Source of the DNA: Hyphochytrium catenoides
Lineage: Eukaryota > Protista > Hyphochytriomycota
Direction: 5' to 3'
Assembly (NCBI GenBank): GCA_900088475.1
Contig: FLMG01001193.1
Span: 62,001 to 126,000 of the forward strand
DNA: 64,000 nucleotides
Positions 38,234 to 50,800 of the stretch are shown in pieces. The notes beneath the pieces are model-generated. The model was given only the letters and a program-made list of their open reading frames with translations, was not told the origin of the DNA and searched no databases. Position 1 is the stretch's first letter. Each line of letters starts with the position of its first letter. The position numbers were made by a program, and so were the translations under genes.

Positions 38234-41200
38234 ATGGATTCTAGGGCGGTCGCCAGATGGGTTGAAGATCAGCTGCATGGGCTTGTCGGTTTTGCCGATA
38301 GCACTTTGGCGAAATATGTCGTAGCTCTCGCAGGAAAGGCAAAGTCAGTGCGAGCACTGACGGACCAGCTCTGTGACAACGACTTCCCTAGGACCAGTGC
38401 GACCAAAGCCTTCGCACAGGAACTCTTCGAGAGAGCTGGATCGAAAAGAAACGGTGCTTCCAAAGCTGAAGCTCCGCAAAGACTGACAAACGCTGAGATA
38501 ATCAAACAGCAGCAGTCCTATGGACTCGTCCTCTCTGATGATGAAAATGAGAAGAAAAGGGCCAAAGCAAAGGACCGACGAGAGAAGGAGAAGTTGTTGA
38601 CGAAGGACAAGGAAAAAAGGAAAAGGAACCTTCGGCGAAGGGAGAATGCTAACCCTGAAAAGGAGTCAAGCGAGGATGAGGGACCTGCTGTCAAGCGCCC
38701 GCTTCGCAAGGATCAGCAGAACGAAGCGGATCCTGAGAAGCAACATGAGGACGAGAGAGAGAGAGATTTAGCTGAGCGCTTCGCATTTGAAGAAAGACTG
38801 CGCAAGAGAGATGAGGAGAAGACCAAAAAGACGGGATCAAAGGGGCTTTCCAAGGCTCAACTTGAGGAGCTCGCCACACGAGGGACGTATACAGACAATA
38901 CGGACACCTCCATTCAAAAGCTTCGAGAGGTATCGCGACAAGAATACCTGAAAAAGCGAGAAGAGAAGGAGCTGGAGCTTCTAGACTTCTCCCTCAGAGA
39001 TGAAGACTACCTTTTCGAAGATGTAAGTCGGACGGAGTTTGAAAAAAGCCGTATGGAGCTCAACAAGCGCATTTTGGAGACAGCCAAGAACAGATCCAAG
39101 GACATGGAGAAAATTAAAGCCAGCGGCTATCATATTCCGGATGGGTTCGAGGATGAGGAAGGCCGGTACGACTCTCGCAAGAAGGAAGAGCTTTTGACAG
39201 CACGGTATGAAGAGGAAGAAGTCTTCCAAACCGAGCAGGAAGTATGGGAGGAGCATCAGGTGGGGATGAGCACCATGAAGTTTGGCGCTCAGGACAAGAG
39301 GAAGGCGGAAGAAGAGTACGAATATATGTTTGAAGATCAAATCAACTTCATTTCGGAGGAGGTTCTTGCAGGAAATGATCCGGAGGCAAAGTATGATGAG
39401 GCAGAGCTCAAGGCTAAGCTGGAAGCAGCCGCAATGGATAGCCTCCAGGAAGTACGAAGAAAGCTTCCAGTTTACCCGTATCGAGAAGAATTTTTAGAGG
39501 CGGTCCGTGACAACCAAATCCTTATTGTCGTTGGAGAGACAGGGTCAGGCAAGACCACACAGCTACCGCAGTACCTCCACGAAGTAGGATATTCACAAGT
39601 CGGAAAAATAGGCTGTACGCAGCCACGTCGTGTGGCGGCAATGAGTGTTGCCGCCCGTGTGGCTCAGGAAATGGGCGTCAAGATTGGGAACGAAGTCGGC
39701 TATTCCATCCGCTTTGAAGACTGCACCTCCGATCGCACCATTATCAAATATATGACCGATGGTATGCTACTTCGAGAGTTTCTTTCGGAGCCAGACCTCA
39801 AAGCCTATAGTGTGATGATGATAGACGAGGCCCACGAGAGAACTCTTGCTACGGACGTTCTTTTCGGGTTGATCAAAGATATTGCCCGCTTTCGGGAGGA
39901 CATCAAGATCATCATCTGTAGCGCCACCCTAGATGCCGAGAAGTTCAGCGACTACTTTGATTCGGCCCCTATTTTCATCATTCCAGGCTACGCCTATCCT
40001 GTGGACATTCTCTATACGAAGGCGCCGGAAGCTGACTACCTGGATGCGGCCATTGTCACGGTCCTGCAGATTCACATTACTCAGCCCCTGGGAGACATCT
40101 TGGTATTCCTCACAGGGCAGGAAGAGATCGAGACAGCTGTAGAGATTCTTCAGCAACGAACACGCGGTCTGGGTTCTCGCATCAAGGAACTGATGATATG
40201 TCCAGTTTATGCCACGCTTCCTTCTGAGCAACAGGCCAAAATATTTGAGTCGACTCCTCCAGGCGCTAGGAAGGTTGTTCTTGGAACTAATATTGCAGAA
40301 ACATCTTTGACAATTCCCGGGATTACGTACGTCATTGACACGGGGTTCTGCAAGCAGAAGAACTACAACCCCCGCACAGGGGTGGAGTCTCTGATGGTTT
40401 GCCCTGTCTCTAAAGCTGCAAGCCGGCAAAGGGCAGGTCGTGCGGGTCGTACCGCTCCTGGAAAGTGCTTTAGACTTTTCACTGCTTGGTCCTTTCACAA
40501 TGAGCTGGAGGACAACACGGTGCCAGAAATTCAGCGAACAAATCTCGGCAACGTCGTGCTAATGTTGAAGAGTTTGGGCATTAATGACCTCCTCCATTTT
40601 GACTTTATGGACCCGCCATCGCCCGAAGCACTGATACGGTCACTAGAACAGCTTTACGCACTTGGTGCTCTCAATGATAGAGGCGAGCTAACTAAACTGG
40701 GTCGCAGAATGGCGGAATTTCCAGTAGATCCCATGCAGTCCAAAGCCATAATTGAGTCTGAGAAGCATGGCGTAAGTGAAGAAGTTCTGACGATCATGTC
40801 CATGCTCAGTGTCAACAACTCCATTTTCTATCGCCCCAAGGACAAGGCCATCCATGCGGACACAGCCAGAATGAACTTTGCAAGAGGCGGAGTGGGTGAC
40901 CACATTGCGCTGCTTAACGTCTACAACCAGTGGGCAGAGACTAACTACTCAACTCAGTGGTCCTATGAAAACTTTATCCAGCTTCGAAGTTTAAAGACTG
41001 CCAGAGACGTTCGAGAACAGTTGGCAGCTTTGTGTGACCGCGTTGAGGTGGAAAAATTGAGTAACCCAACTGATCTGGATGCGATACGGAAAGCGATCAC
41101 AGCCGGCTACTTCTATAATACGGCCAAGTTCGACAAGAGTGGCCACTATAAGACCGTCAAGCATGCCCATACTGTGCACATCCACCCGTCCTCATGTCTT

Positions 41201-41398
41201 TTCAAGGAAGAGGAGATGCCACCGTGGGTACTCTACCATGAGCTGGCATTCACTTCGAAGGAGTACATGAGGCAAGTTATCCCTATCAAGCCAGAATGGC
41301 TGATTGAAATAGCACCACATTACTATCAAGCCAAAGAGGTAGAAGATAGCAGGAACAAGAAGATGCCCAAGATGGTAGGAAGAATAGCAGCGCACTAA
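38234..41398 (+). CDS. DHX16: Pre-mRNA splicing DEAH-box helicase DHX16/Prp2/Cdc28, single exon, 1054 aa
   Basis: N-terminal WVEDQLHGLVGFAD, LREVSRQEYLKKRE, GETGSGKTTQLPQYL, TQPRRVAAMSVA, DEAHER, SATLDAEKFS, TNIAETSLTI, QRAGRAGRT, IKPEWLIEIAPHYY..KE.ED..KKMPK. Confidence 0.95.
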   Translation: MDSRAVARWVEDQLHGLVGFADSTLAKYVVALAGKAKSVRALTDQLCDNDFPRTSATKAFAQELFERAGSKRNGASKAEAPQRLTNAEIIKQQQSYGLVLSDDENEKKRAKAKDRREKEKLLTKDKEKRKRNLRRRENANPEKESSEDEGPAVKRPLRKDQQNEADPEKQHEDERERDLAERFAFEERLRKRDEEKTKKTGSKGLSKAQLEELATRGTYTDNTDTSIQKLREVSRQEYLKKREEKELELLDFSLRDEDYLFEDVSRTEFEKSRMELNKRILETAKNRSKDMEKIKASGYHIPDGFEDEEGRYDSRKKEELLTARYEEEEVFQTEQEVWEEHQVGMSTMKFGAQDKRKAEEEYEYMFEDQINFISEEVLAGNDPEAKYDEAELKAKLEAAAMDSLQEVRRKLPVYPYREEFLEAVRDNQILIVVGETGSGKTTQLPQYLHEVGYSQVGKIGCTQPRRVAAMSVAARVAQEMGVKIGNEVGYSIRFEDCTSDRTIIKYMTDGMLLREFLSEPDLKAYSVMMIDEAHERTLATDVLFGLIKDIARFREDIKIIICSATLDAEKFSDYFDSAPIFIIPGYAYPVDILYTKAPEADYLDAAIVTVLQIHITQPLGDILVFLTGQEEIETAVEILQQRTRGLGSRIKELMICPVYATLPSEQQAKIFESTPPGARKVVLGTNIAETSLTIPGITYVIDTGFCKQKNYNPRTGVESLMVCPVSKAASRQRAGRAGRTAPGKCFRLFTAWSFHNELEDNTVPEIQRTNLGNVVLMLKSLGINDLLHFDFMDPPSPEALIRSLEQLYALGALNDRGELTKLGRRMAEFPVDPMQSKAIIESEKHGVSEEVLTIMSMLSVNNSIFYRPKDKAIHADTARMNFARGGVGDHIALLNVYNQWAETNYSTQWSYENFIQLRSLKTARDVREQLAALCDRVEVEKLSNPTDLDAIRKAITAGYFYNTAKFDKSGHYKTVKHAHTVHIHPSSCLFKEEEMPPWVLYHELAFTSKEYMRQVIPIKPEWLIEIAPHYYQAKEVEDSRNKKMPKMVGRIAAH

Positions 41399-41803
41399 CG
41401 AAAATTTAGAGATAACTACTTGGCTGGTGAACAAGCTATTGAGCTGCTTCCTCCAAGTTAGAGAGCCAAGTGAGCTTTGTACTCTTTGTGACAGACCATT
41501 TCTCTGCAAAGCGCCCTTGAGGAGCGATTGTCCTTGCTGTTTCCAGACATCTGTCTGCCTCAATTATCCATTCTCTCTCTCTTGGCAGTTACGGACAGCT
41601 CGAGATAAACGGCGCTCTGTCACCTCATCCTTACCATGCCGCTGTTAGATCATCTAACTTAGGCGTTGGATTGACAAAAGAGCTGAATCGAATATGCACA
41701 ATTCTTTGCATGATACTTTTACTGCACACTTTCTTGCTTGGACCTATTCTTTTTCCTATCTGTTCAATGGCCCCACCGCGTAGTATTGCCCACCTTGCGT
41801 GTC

Positions 41804-44800
41804 CTAGTACTTGACAGATCGGAAAAAGTTTGATGTCATGTCCTTCAGCTGCCGCGAGATAAGACGAGCCACGTCACACGTTGCCATTAACGAAATTGAG
41901 GGGTTAGATTGATGACAGAGTGGAATGGGACGGTGCGTTAACATTTCGACATCCTTGTCTCTTGAACAGTAACAGATTTCCAGTTACCTTGGCCAGATCC
42001 TGGGATGCTTTCTCTGCTATGTTACTTGCCAAATCAGCCCCTATGTACACAGTAGTGTTAACACACACAAAAGAAGAATCATCAAAGTTGAGAGCAAACA
42101 GAAGCTGGAGCCGGAGGCGCCTAAATCGAACGGGGGCCAGCACTGACCAATATCCGAGCCTGAGCCAGAGGATCTTCGGCCAAAATACATGTCACTCGAT
42201 ATCGCTGTAGCACTGCCATATTGCTGAATCTTCTCCTCCCTTTCATATCGTTCTTGCTCCGACTCAAACTAGTTGGAATCAAGGGCATTTAGCACTAGCT
42301 TAAGAGTAGACAAAGTGCATGGGCTGATGATACCTTTCCTGTGCCAAAGAGCTGGTCGGAAGAAATGGCTTTGGCATTTTTGTACTTGTCCACGGTAAAG
42401 GAGGCAGGAGCAGCTGGGGGTGCCGCAGAATAGGACGACACTGTACGCATCGGAAACGTCAGAATAGGTGGCTCTCTCAAAACTCAATTAAACAAGGAGC
42501 ATGGATGGGACGCGAATGCTTGGACGGTGGCAAATATAGACGGGGGGAGGCCAGTAGAAAGAAGGACAATACTTCAACCTCTGTATAATCACAGCACCAT
42601 AGACGAAGAATGGCACAACTCGAATTAAGCACTGAAGAAAAGGATACAGCGGCTTCTTCTCCCATCGATACCTGAGGATGGCGCAGGAGCTGGAGCGCTG
42701 GAATTGTAGCTGTAGGAGGGTGAGGTATCGAAGATTGACGAGGCTTGAGGGGGTGCCGTAGGATCCCTATTGGATACGGTAAGTATAGTCCAGAAGATAG
42801 CTCCCCTTTCCTGTTTGCCACAAACCCCCCGAAGCATGCTTACTCCCGAAGCGAGATACAACTGGACTGTGTGCAAGTTTTCGCCTACTGCACCAGTTAC
42901 TGCACCAGTTAGGGTGCTAGAACTCACCTGTACCGTGATCCACCAGCAACGGCAGGCAGCGTCCTGATAGAGAAGGGTCAGGTGGGTAGATGGAAGTATA
43001 CAGACGTAGGGACACGACGACGTAGCTGTAATCAACACTATCGGAGGCTCACCCTTCCTCTTTTGCTAGAGCTTTGGCCAAAGCCTCATCCTCCTTGAGC
43101 TGTTTTTGCGCGGCAGTCTCTTCCGCTGAGGGTGCAGAGGTCTGGAACTGCGGATAGAGAAAACATAAGGTACGGTTCATTTACAACGAGTGGCCTCATC
43201 AGCCTTCGCACAGGGCTTGCTTTCAGTGATAAAGCACCACTCCGCCTCAAATTTTCGAATCGACTTACCGAGTCAAAGTCGTCCCCTAACTTCGTAGCCC
43301 CCAACTTCTTAGCACCACCCTGAGGATTCCGCATGCAAAGTGAGCACTTGAAGCAATGGCCAAGGATGTATTCCGTAAGGAGAAACCCAGACCGCAATTG
43401 ATGGGCTACAAGACAGAAGAATAAATTGAAAGAAGAGGTTGCCCAGAGGTAGAGTTACGGAAAGATAGGGCCTACCAGTCTTTGAGCACCCAACCTCCGC
43501 CCACCGAGCGTTGTCTTCTTTGGCCCAACTGCAGTGCTGGATCTTGAAGCCTGTTGTAAACTGGTTTCGTCGCTCCCTTGCATATCAACCTTTAGTGGGC
43601 TCTTCTTCTGTAGAACAACAGGCACTGTCGAATTGCTCGAGGATGCTGTCGACTGGCTAACTACACCACCCGGCGCAGACAGATACAAAAAATACGACCG
43701 GCAGGATGGCACTTGTTAGTCTAAAGCTCAAGCCAATAAGAGACGGGGCGAGATAGAGACGCTTGGGTGAATAAGGGACAAGGGCCCTGTTGACTGACCA
43801 CTAGCAGGCATATGCTGGGGTGGAGGAACGGCCTGGGTTATTTGTTCTGAGGCAGCTTGAGCCCATAAAGACAGAGGAGGCGGTGAGCTGCTTGCTTGAT
43901 CTTCTTTGGGCGGATCCTGTTTTAGATGCTTCTTGTCATGTGCAGGCTGATCCCCCAGGACCACTTGGCTTAGCATTGCACTGATTGGACTAGGAGGCTA
44001 GAGAGAGGTTATCAGTATAGAAAGGAACTGCAACGGAGTGTGAGAGAAGTCCAGAATGATACCACAGAACTGACCACTGGAAAGTGGAGGCTAGAACGGA
44101 ACGCGTCTGGCAAAGGTAATGAAGGGTTACAGGCAAGAGTACTCTCAGAGCACAAAATATATTTGACTGACCGACTCTACTTCCACTCCATGGTCATGGG
44201 TGGCGTGAAAGCCGCTGTCGATCGCCTTCTTCTGAACTGCTGCTTTGTATAGCTCAGCGGCACGACTAGTGAACTTACTTTGAATCTGTTTAGGAGGAAA
44301 GACGTCAGTCGAGCATTATGCCCGCCCTACTTGCGCTCCGACTCGTCCACTTACCTTCGTCGTCAGCTCAACGTTGTGAGACCTAAAGAAATCCCTTGCA
44401 GGACCATTGCCGCCAACCTGCATGACAGCCAGCTGCTCCGGAGTCCACTCATCAAGCTCTGTTGATCTTAGCGTTTAAGGGAGACCCGTAAGGAAAGCGT
44501 GAGACGGGCATTCTCCATCAAAAACATCTATCTAGTCACCTGACAAAGGTTATGTGAACACCCATTCTCCTGTGAACCGCTGAGCAGTCATAGCAAATGA
44601 AGATCCCGTAGGTTACTGATGCCCAGGTAGGGTTGGCCGCTGGACAGTCAAAACAGGTCTTGACGGCACGGTAAGCCTCTTCTACATCACTGCTGTGGCG
44701 AGAGCTATAACACTTTACCTTATTCGCCCTTAACGCTTTTAGCTTTCTGAAGATGTCCTTCCGTACCGCTGGGTCAACGAAGTTTCTTCCCGTCAGTTGT

Positions 44801-44835
44801 AGCTGACCAGCCACGACGTTGAGAGGTGTAGTCAT
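41804..44835 (-). CDS. ADP-ribosylation factor GTPase-activating protein, Glo3/ArfGAP2/3 type, multi-exon
   Basis: [47 protein letters not shown], basic [16 protein letters not shown] repeats, and the Glo3 motif twice ([17 protein letters not shown]). Confidence 0.92.
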
Positions 44836-45470
44836 TCTGAGTGCTGACAAGATAGCCTAAGGATATTGCCAAGAATACTGAGCCGCTTGGCCCAGAAATC
44901 TTTCCCAGATACACTCAAGAGGAGGTATAGTAGTGCTGTGCTGCGCAGGCTTAGGCCTGGCGTAGATTCAGTTTGGCGCTCTCTTCAAGCAGGACACCAG
45001 GCAGCAGAAGATTGAAGAGCTTGGTGATGTGAGGAGCATGCCGGACGGTAGCGGCTGGAGGAGGAACGGATTATCTTGGTGAGAGAGGAGGCAGGAAGCT
45101 GATAGATCTGGAAGGGTCAAATCTTCCCCAAGAACGCCAATGTGGGACCAAGAATGTATAATACGCAGATATAACGACCTGAAAAGCATATATACCGTTT
45201 CACCGGTCGTGATGTCTGATGTCTTCATAGGGCGTTACAGTTATAAAAGCCTTTATTATAGTAGTTCTAGTGTAGGGCGACCTACTACAATAATGATAGA
45301 ACTTCTACCACTGTAGCCATAATTCTAACAAGGGCAAATCGGCTAGTCAGTGAGACACTGCTCGCCGACCTTATAGAACTAGATCTATATCGTTTCTTCT
45401 ACGTTCCTGTATGTCTTGAGGCCAATGAAGATAAATGATGCAGAATATTGCAGATATCTGATTTGCTCTA

Positions 45471-47144
45471 CTAACTGAGTGGGACGGACTGAGGGCACTC
45501 CACGAACGTAGATCGCAGGCATTCAGACACTTTCATCATCCCCACAATATAGAAGCGGGGATCTCTCACAACCCATGTCGATGGACTACTTTCAACCTTC
45601 TGGTCGCAGCTGTTTATCAGGCTTGTTGCTGTCAACAAATGTTGTGCAGAGAACGATAAAGTCTGAATTGCGGCAGGGATAAGCTTATGATTGGGAAACG
45701 TTTGGCGACGAAAGAATGCGATGTGAGTTTCTCGGACGGCAAGGAGAGATGAGAACATGTCTTACATTTCCTTCTGCCAACTCTTAAGAGAAGGAAAATA
45801 GTCCTTCCAAGCCGGTAAGTCCTTGTCCAGGAAGAGAAGAAGCTCTAGAACTGTAAGATCTAGGTATAAAGACACTGCTTTAGTAGCGTCTTGGCAAATT
45901 CTTGTCTGGTAGTGTTATGCTTGACAGAAGAAGACACTGATGCTACCTGCGGAAGACAGGCGACCGAGAACGAAGCTGCCTGTAGAGGACCGGGCTAGCA
46001 ATGCACTTAAGCAAGCCAATTGCTGCCGACACAGATATAGTGGAGCGTTATCATGACATGAGATTTGAGTAGGATATGTAAGAGTGCCATGAATTTCACG
46101 GCAAGGCGGGCACTTCCTTACCGTGCCAAGTGATGCCTCTAGATATCGTCTCTTCAGTGTCGCTACTGTCTGTATTGGTGGAATAACAGAGGGCCTGATG
46201 AATACGACAACACGGTTCTTTTCTGGCAGCACAGCTTAGGGCAAAAAGGTTTAGGAGGTAGATCGCCTACGTTAGGATGCATGGAAGGTGTCCTTGTTGC
46301 ATAGAATGGCTGGCATCGATATTCGGTGAGTACGTGATCACTGTGAGGAAGCAAGCAGGGTACAGCAGGAAATTAGAATAGAGAAGGGACAGATGGCCAA
46401 ATTGAGATTGATACAGGCACCAACCAACTCGCTTCAATCATATCCGCTTTCGCTTTGGCCTACGTCAGTATAAGGGGTGGCATAGTAAAAAAACGTAGTA
46501 GGGTCATTTCGAAGATCTTTAGCTAGGCCCACAGGGGCTGCTCCCTTACCACAAGATCTCTATCATCCTCTGACAAACCCCCAATGCTACATAGGAGTTG
46601 GAAAATTGGATGGATGTGAAAGATATGTGCCCAGCCAGAGTTCGCTGAATTCAGCTCCCGAAGTTGGTTGCAACTCTGGAACTGTTGACGGCGCAGGCAG
46701 ATAACAGCAGTTGTTCAATGACATTTACTCGTAAGTCGCAACCGACTCTAGTGATGCGATCAGATTTGACATGCAGCCAGATGAGCAACAAGACGAGATT
46801 ACGTGGCAGAAGGCGAATGACCACCATAAGAATGAAAAGCTCAATTCCGAACCCTATTGAGAGTCAATAGTAATACCGATAAGCAGCCCAATGCAGTCCT
46901 CAACGTATCTGCTTCTTCGCGTCATTATAAACTCATCGGGTTGGAGCAGCTCAAGAAGTAGCTTCACGTTTTCCATCTCATGGAGGACCGAAAGAGCCAG
47001 CTTAACCTGGACAGGTGTAGGGCAAAGGTGAGACATCTTAGTGATGAGCACTCCTGTACACAAGTAACTGCGAATTAGAAGTACCCGAGCATCAAACCCC
47101 GTATTCTTTATATAGGTGTATTTTATCTCGTACTGCTTCTTCAT
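45471..47144 (-). CDS. Putative orphan multi-exon gene (~250 aa), function unknown
   Basis: About 10 small exons join in frame with donors gtaagg (x2), gtaaga, gtaggc and gtaaat. Examples: 46877-47006, 46729-46747, 46550-46586, 46271-46340, 45947-46022, 45766-45850, 45471-45609. No recognisable domain. Confidence 0.45.
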
Positions 47145-47861
47145 CGCTCGTCTGGGTTACGTCTATGGATAGTTAGTAGTATGTAGACGCGAATCAATGT
47201 CGGCCTCTAAATTGGTGCATCCGACTCCCTTCCCCTATACTCCTCCAGAGGTCATTAAGACGGAGAAGCTGACGAAGGACTAAGACGTTGTCGCCGCGGC
47301 CTCAGCGCAAAGGGAGATAATGGACAAGTAAAGAATGTAGTAGCTCCTGTTCTCAAGCTGATGGCGATATGGCCGCCTCTTCTCATCTCGTTGCGATAAC
47401 AGCCAGAGAGAGGATGAGAAATCAGCCACTGATGATTCTTTGTTGGCCGTGTCGTTTTACTACTTAGCGCAATTCCAATTATCGCTATCGAGCGGTGGTG
47501 GGAAGCGGTGAGACCTACCAAGGCGACTAGTATTGCGATAATGGCTACTTCCATGACTAGGGAAAAGGAAGCATCCAATTCATAATACATTGATTGCCCT
47601 TCTTGTTTCCTCCACCTGACATTGCAGGAAGAAAGTTCCTAAGAAGCAAGAATAATGATAAGGTTGGACGGTCGAGAGCAAATTCGGTATTGGCGTGAAC
47701 GCTTTAGAAGCACTCCTGAATTCTCGCCACCCAATAGTTCTAGGCTGCTCCCGCAAACGAATTTTGCAATACGGTCCGTCAGCCTTGCCAATTTCGATTG
47801 CTTGTACAGTATCAAAGTATCAAGTAAAAGTACTTGTACTAGTTCTACTGTACTTCAACTG

Positions 47862-50800
47862 ATGGCAAGCCTCAATGAGTTGTTGTCCAGCTGGTATCGG
47901 AGGATAATAAGGCGGAGGGAGGGGGAAGTGAAGGATGAAGGGCTCTTTTGAGCAGCAGTCAGAACGAAGGAGCAGTTGAAGACCCTCACTCATCAAACTT
48001 ACAGGTGGAGCCGCTAACCCCTAGATTGCCCGCGCGAGGTACAGTTTATCAGTCTTACCAGATCCGCTTCTCATGCCTTGAGTATGTAGCACTACAGTCC
48101 AGCAGCCATTGCCAAATCTCGTTTCAGCCTTCAGCCTCAAACGACGACCATCAAACTAGAAAGAAGCAATTGTCCCTGGAAATGCCGATGACCAGACGGC
48201 GGTCCAAGATTGCCCACAACATGACCGGGGACATCAGCTCAATGAACCTCAGCGCAAACACCACCACTCCTCACCTTCAAGAAATACTAATGGTTTTATA
48301 GAGCAGAAAGCACATTCACATGTGGGCGGCATTACTCTCGCGTAGCCTGCCAGCACGGCGCCATATACCAACCAACTTTAGCCTCAAGTTTGTCCATGGA
48401 GGTGGGATAGGGTAGCACGGTGTGGGTCGAGTTTTATATGAGGCCAAAATGCCGCGTAGAGATAAACGCAAAAACATTATTAACCTCTCTGAGGAGGAGC
48501 TTCAAATGTATCTCGGCTTGGCCAAATCAAAGGCAGCTGAGTTATTACATATTGAACAGTACTCTTTGGGACCAAGGGGCTGGGAACATTGGCGGGTAAG
48601 TCCGCATTGCAAAACTTTAAATACGTGAGCCAACGGTAACACTTGTCAGACCAAGCACGGTGTCAAAACCTATGCTGCAGACCTGCCAAACCGAAAGGAC
48701 ACTGTCGCCACAAAGACGGTCTGTGAGCTCCACTGTCCCTTAATGGAGATGTACAACCTTCTGGCATGGCCTAGCAGTGGAGACTTTGAGGTAAGTGCAG
48801 AAACGTTTTCATGAATGACAGGGTGAAGACTCATTACGCTTGTACGGGCCTATAGAGCTTGATGAAACTTCTATTCCCTGATTTTGCGACTGGAACACTG
48901 CTTTGGAGCCGCTGGATTCCTAATGATGATTTTGGCGCGGAAGACCTCTTCTTCATAGCCCATGCTTGTTTCCGCTCAAACATGGCTACGGGGTCTATGG
49001 ATAGGGAGGTCTTTGTACTCTCGGTAAGTCTAGCACGCGTTCCAGAGTGATTGTACAACTGGTTGTGAGCTAATGTTCCCTTTCAAGCTTCTTACGCTTG
49101 TAAAGAACGATAAGGACGAGACCGTAGGCGTCCTTGTCTGGGAATCAATAGACCGGGATGACTCTGTCATCAAGGGTACTAGAGTCCCAAGGCAGAGAGT
49201 GACAAGAATGGTCCTATCAAACTCCGGGATTACCTTTCGCTCCATACCATCGTCAAGAAGAGTGGTGGTTCAGCATGTGCAGCATGTTACCCTACCCCAT
49301 GTTCAGAGTCCAGTCCCCACATGGATCTCTACTGTGATTAAGATGAACCAGGTATCTATTTTTTGCACGCCTTTTATTAAACAACTTGCGTGGGTAAGAT
49401 GGTGACGAGACCTAACTGCCTTCTTGCTCACCCTTTCCTTTCCTGCTCCTACCCTCTGTGTTATTGTAGAGTCTGGTTTTGACCAACGTTGTCCATTACG
49501 TTTCGAGACGGAGGCGCAACGAATACGTGGCACCAGATGGGGTTATCGTACCCTCCACCCTTTCAGAGCACATTTATCACCCACTGCGCAAATTCAAGTG
49601 TGTTGACAGTCACTGGTTGTATAATAGGATGCAAATACAAGGCGGAATGCTAATCATTGACGTGAGGCCACCCAGAAGTGATACGCAGGCAATCAAAGGA
49701 GCCATCCACCTGCCTGAGCTGGCAGCCACATCCACCGAGGGTATTCTGCGGCGGCTCTCTCCTGAAGCTGCGGCAACGTTTAGTCGCTGGAGGCTGCTTG
49801 AGATCGTGATCTATGATGACTTGGGAGACTTAGAGATGACTCTTGAAAGCTGGAGCTATGAACTGTGCAACATGTTCATGGAGGAGAAGTCCACCGCTGC
49901 CGTCAGATACCTTTCAGGTGAGCATCCTTTACAGCTACTTTTGAGGAATGACTAATCCGACTCGACCCTCACAGACGGCTTCAATACGTTTAACCTACGC
50001 TATCCACACATGCTAGTTAGCCTTCATACTCTCTTTGGCGTTGTCTCGCCAAGGTCATCCTTCAGTAGGTCTTCGGGTTCTTTCCGGATGCCAGAGACTC
50101 GTCTTATGCGTACTCATAGTGGTCTCCACACACTGACGTACCCAAATGAGATCATAGAGGACTTCCTTTATCTGGGAAATATGTGGCAAGCATCATCTGA
50201 GGCAGTAATCAAGACCTTGGGAATCACTCATGTAGTTAACGCTACCCTGGACTGTGAGAATGTTTTCGAAAACGATGGCGTCAAGTACCTCAACGTCTTA
50301 TTGAAAGATCACCCTGATTCTCCTATCTTCACCTACTTCGACCAGGTATAATGCACACTGCCATCATTCAAATATACGCTAGAGAACTAATGTCAATTCG
50401 TTACTCAATCTTGGCAGATATATCAGTTTATTCAAATGGCCAGAAGCGATCCAAGGGCTCGGGTCCTTGTGCATTGCACTCAAGGGATATCTAGATCAGG
50501 AACTATAACTATTTGGTACGTCATGCAAGCGATGCAGCTCTCCTTGGTTACGGCGTTCAACTATGTCGTAGCAAGAAGGGGAGTCGTATATCCAAACCTG
50601 GGCTTCATGCAGCAGCTCATTCAGGTGAGAAGCCAGAAGGCATACTCCTTTTATGACGATAACAAGGTCTTAGAATTTTGCTCTTTCGAACCGTGACTTG
50701 CAGGCTGAACAAAGACTCTATGCAGCGAATAGCATTGATGAGGCGGAGATCGAGAGTTTGCTGGCGGGCACAATAAGAGATAGGAATGCTCCAGGGAAAG

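Noticed and set aside
42639-42647. Minus-strand GTATCCTTT (U12-type 5' splice-site consensus) in the ArfGAP gene; also TCCTTAAC at 56098
   Set aside because: Each lies inside an intron already explained by ordinary U2 signals, without the partner U12 element at the proper distance.
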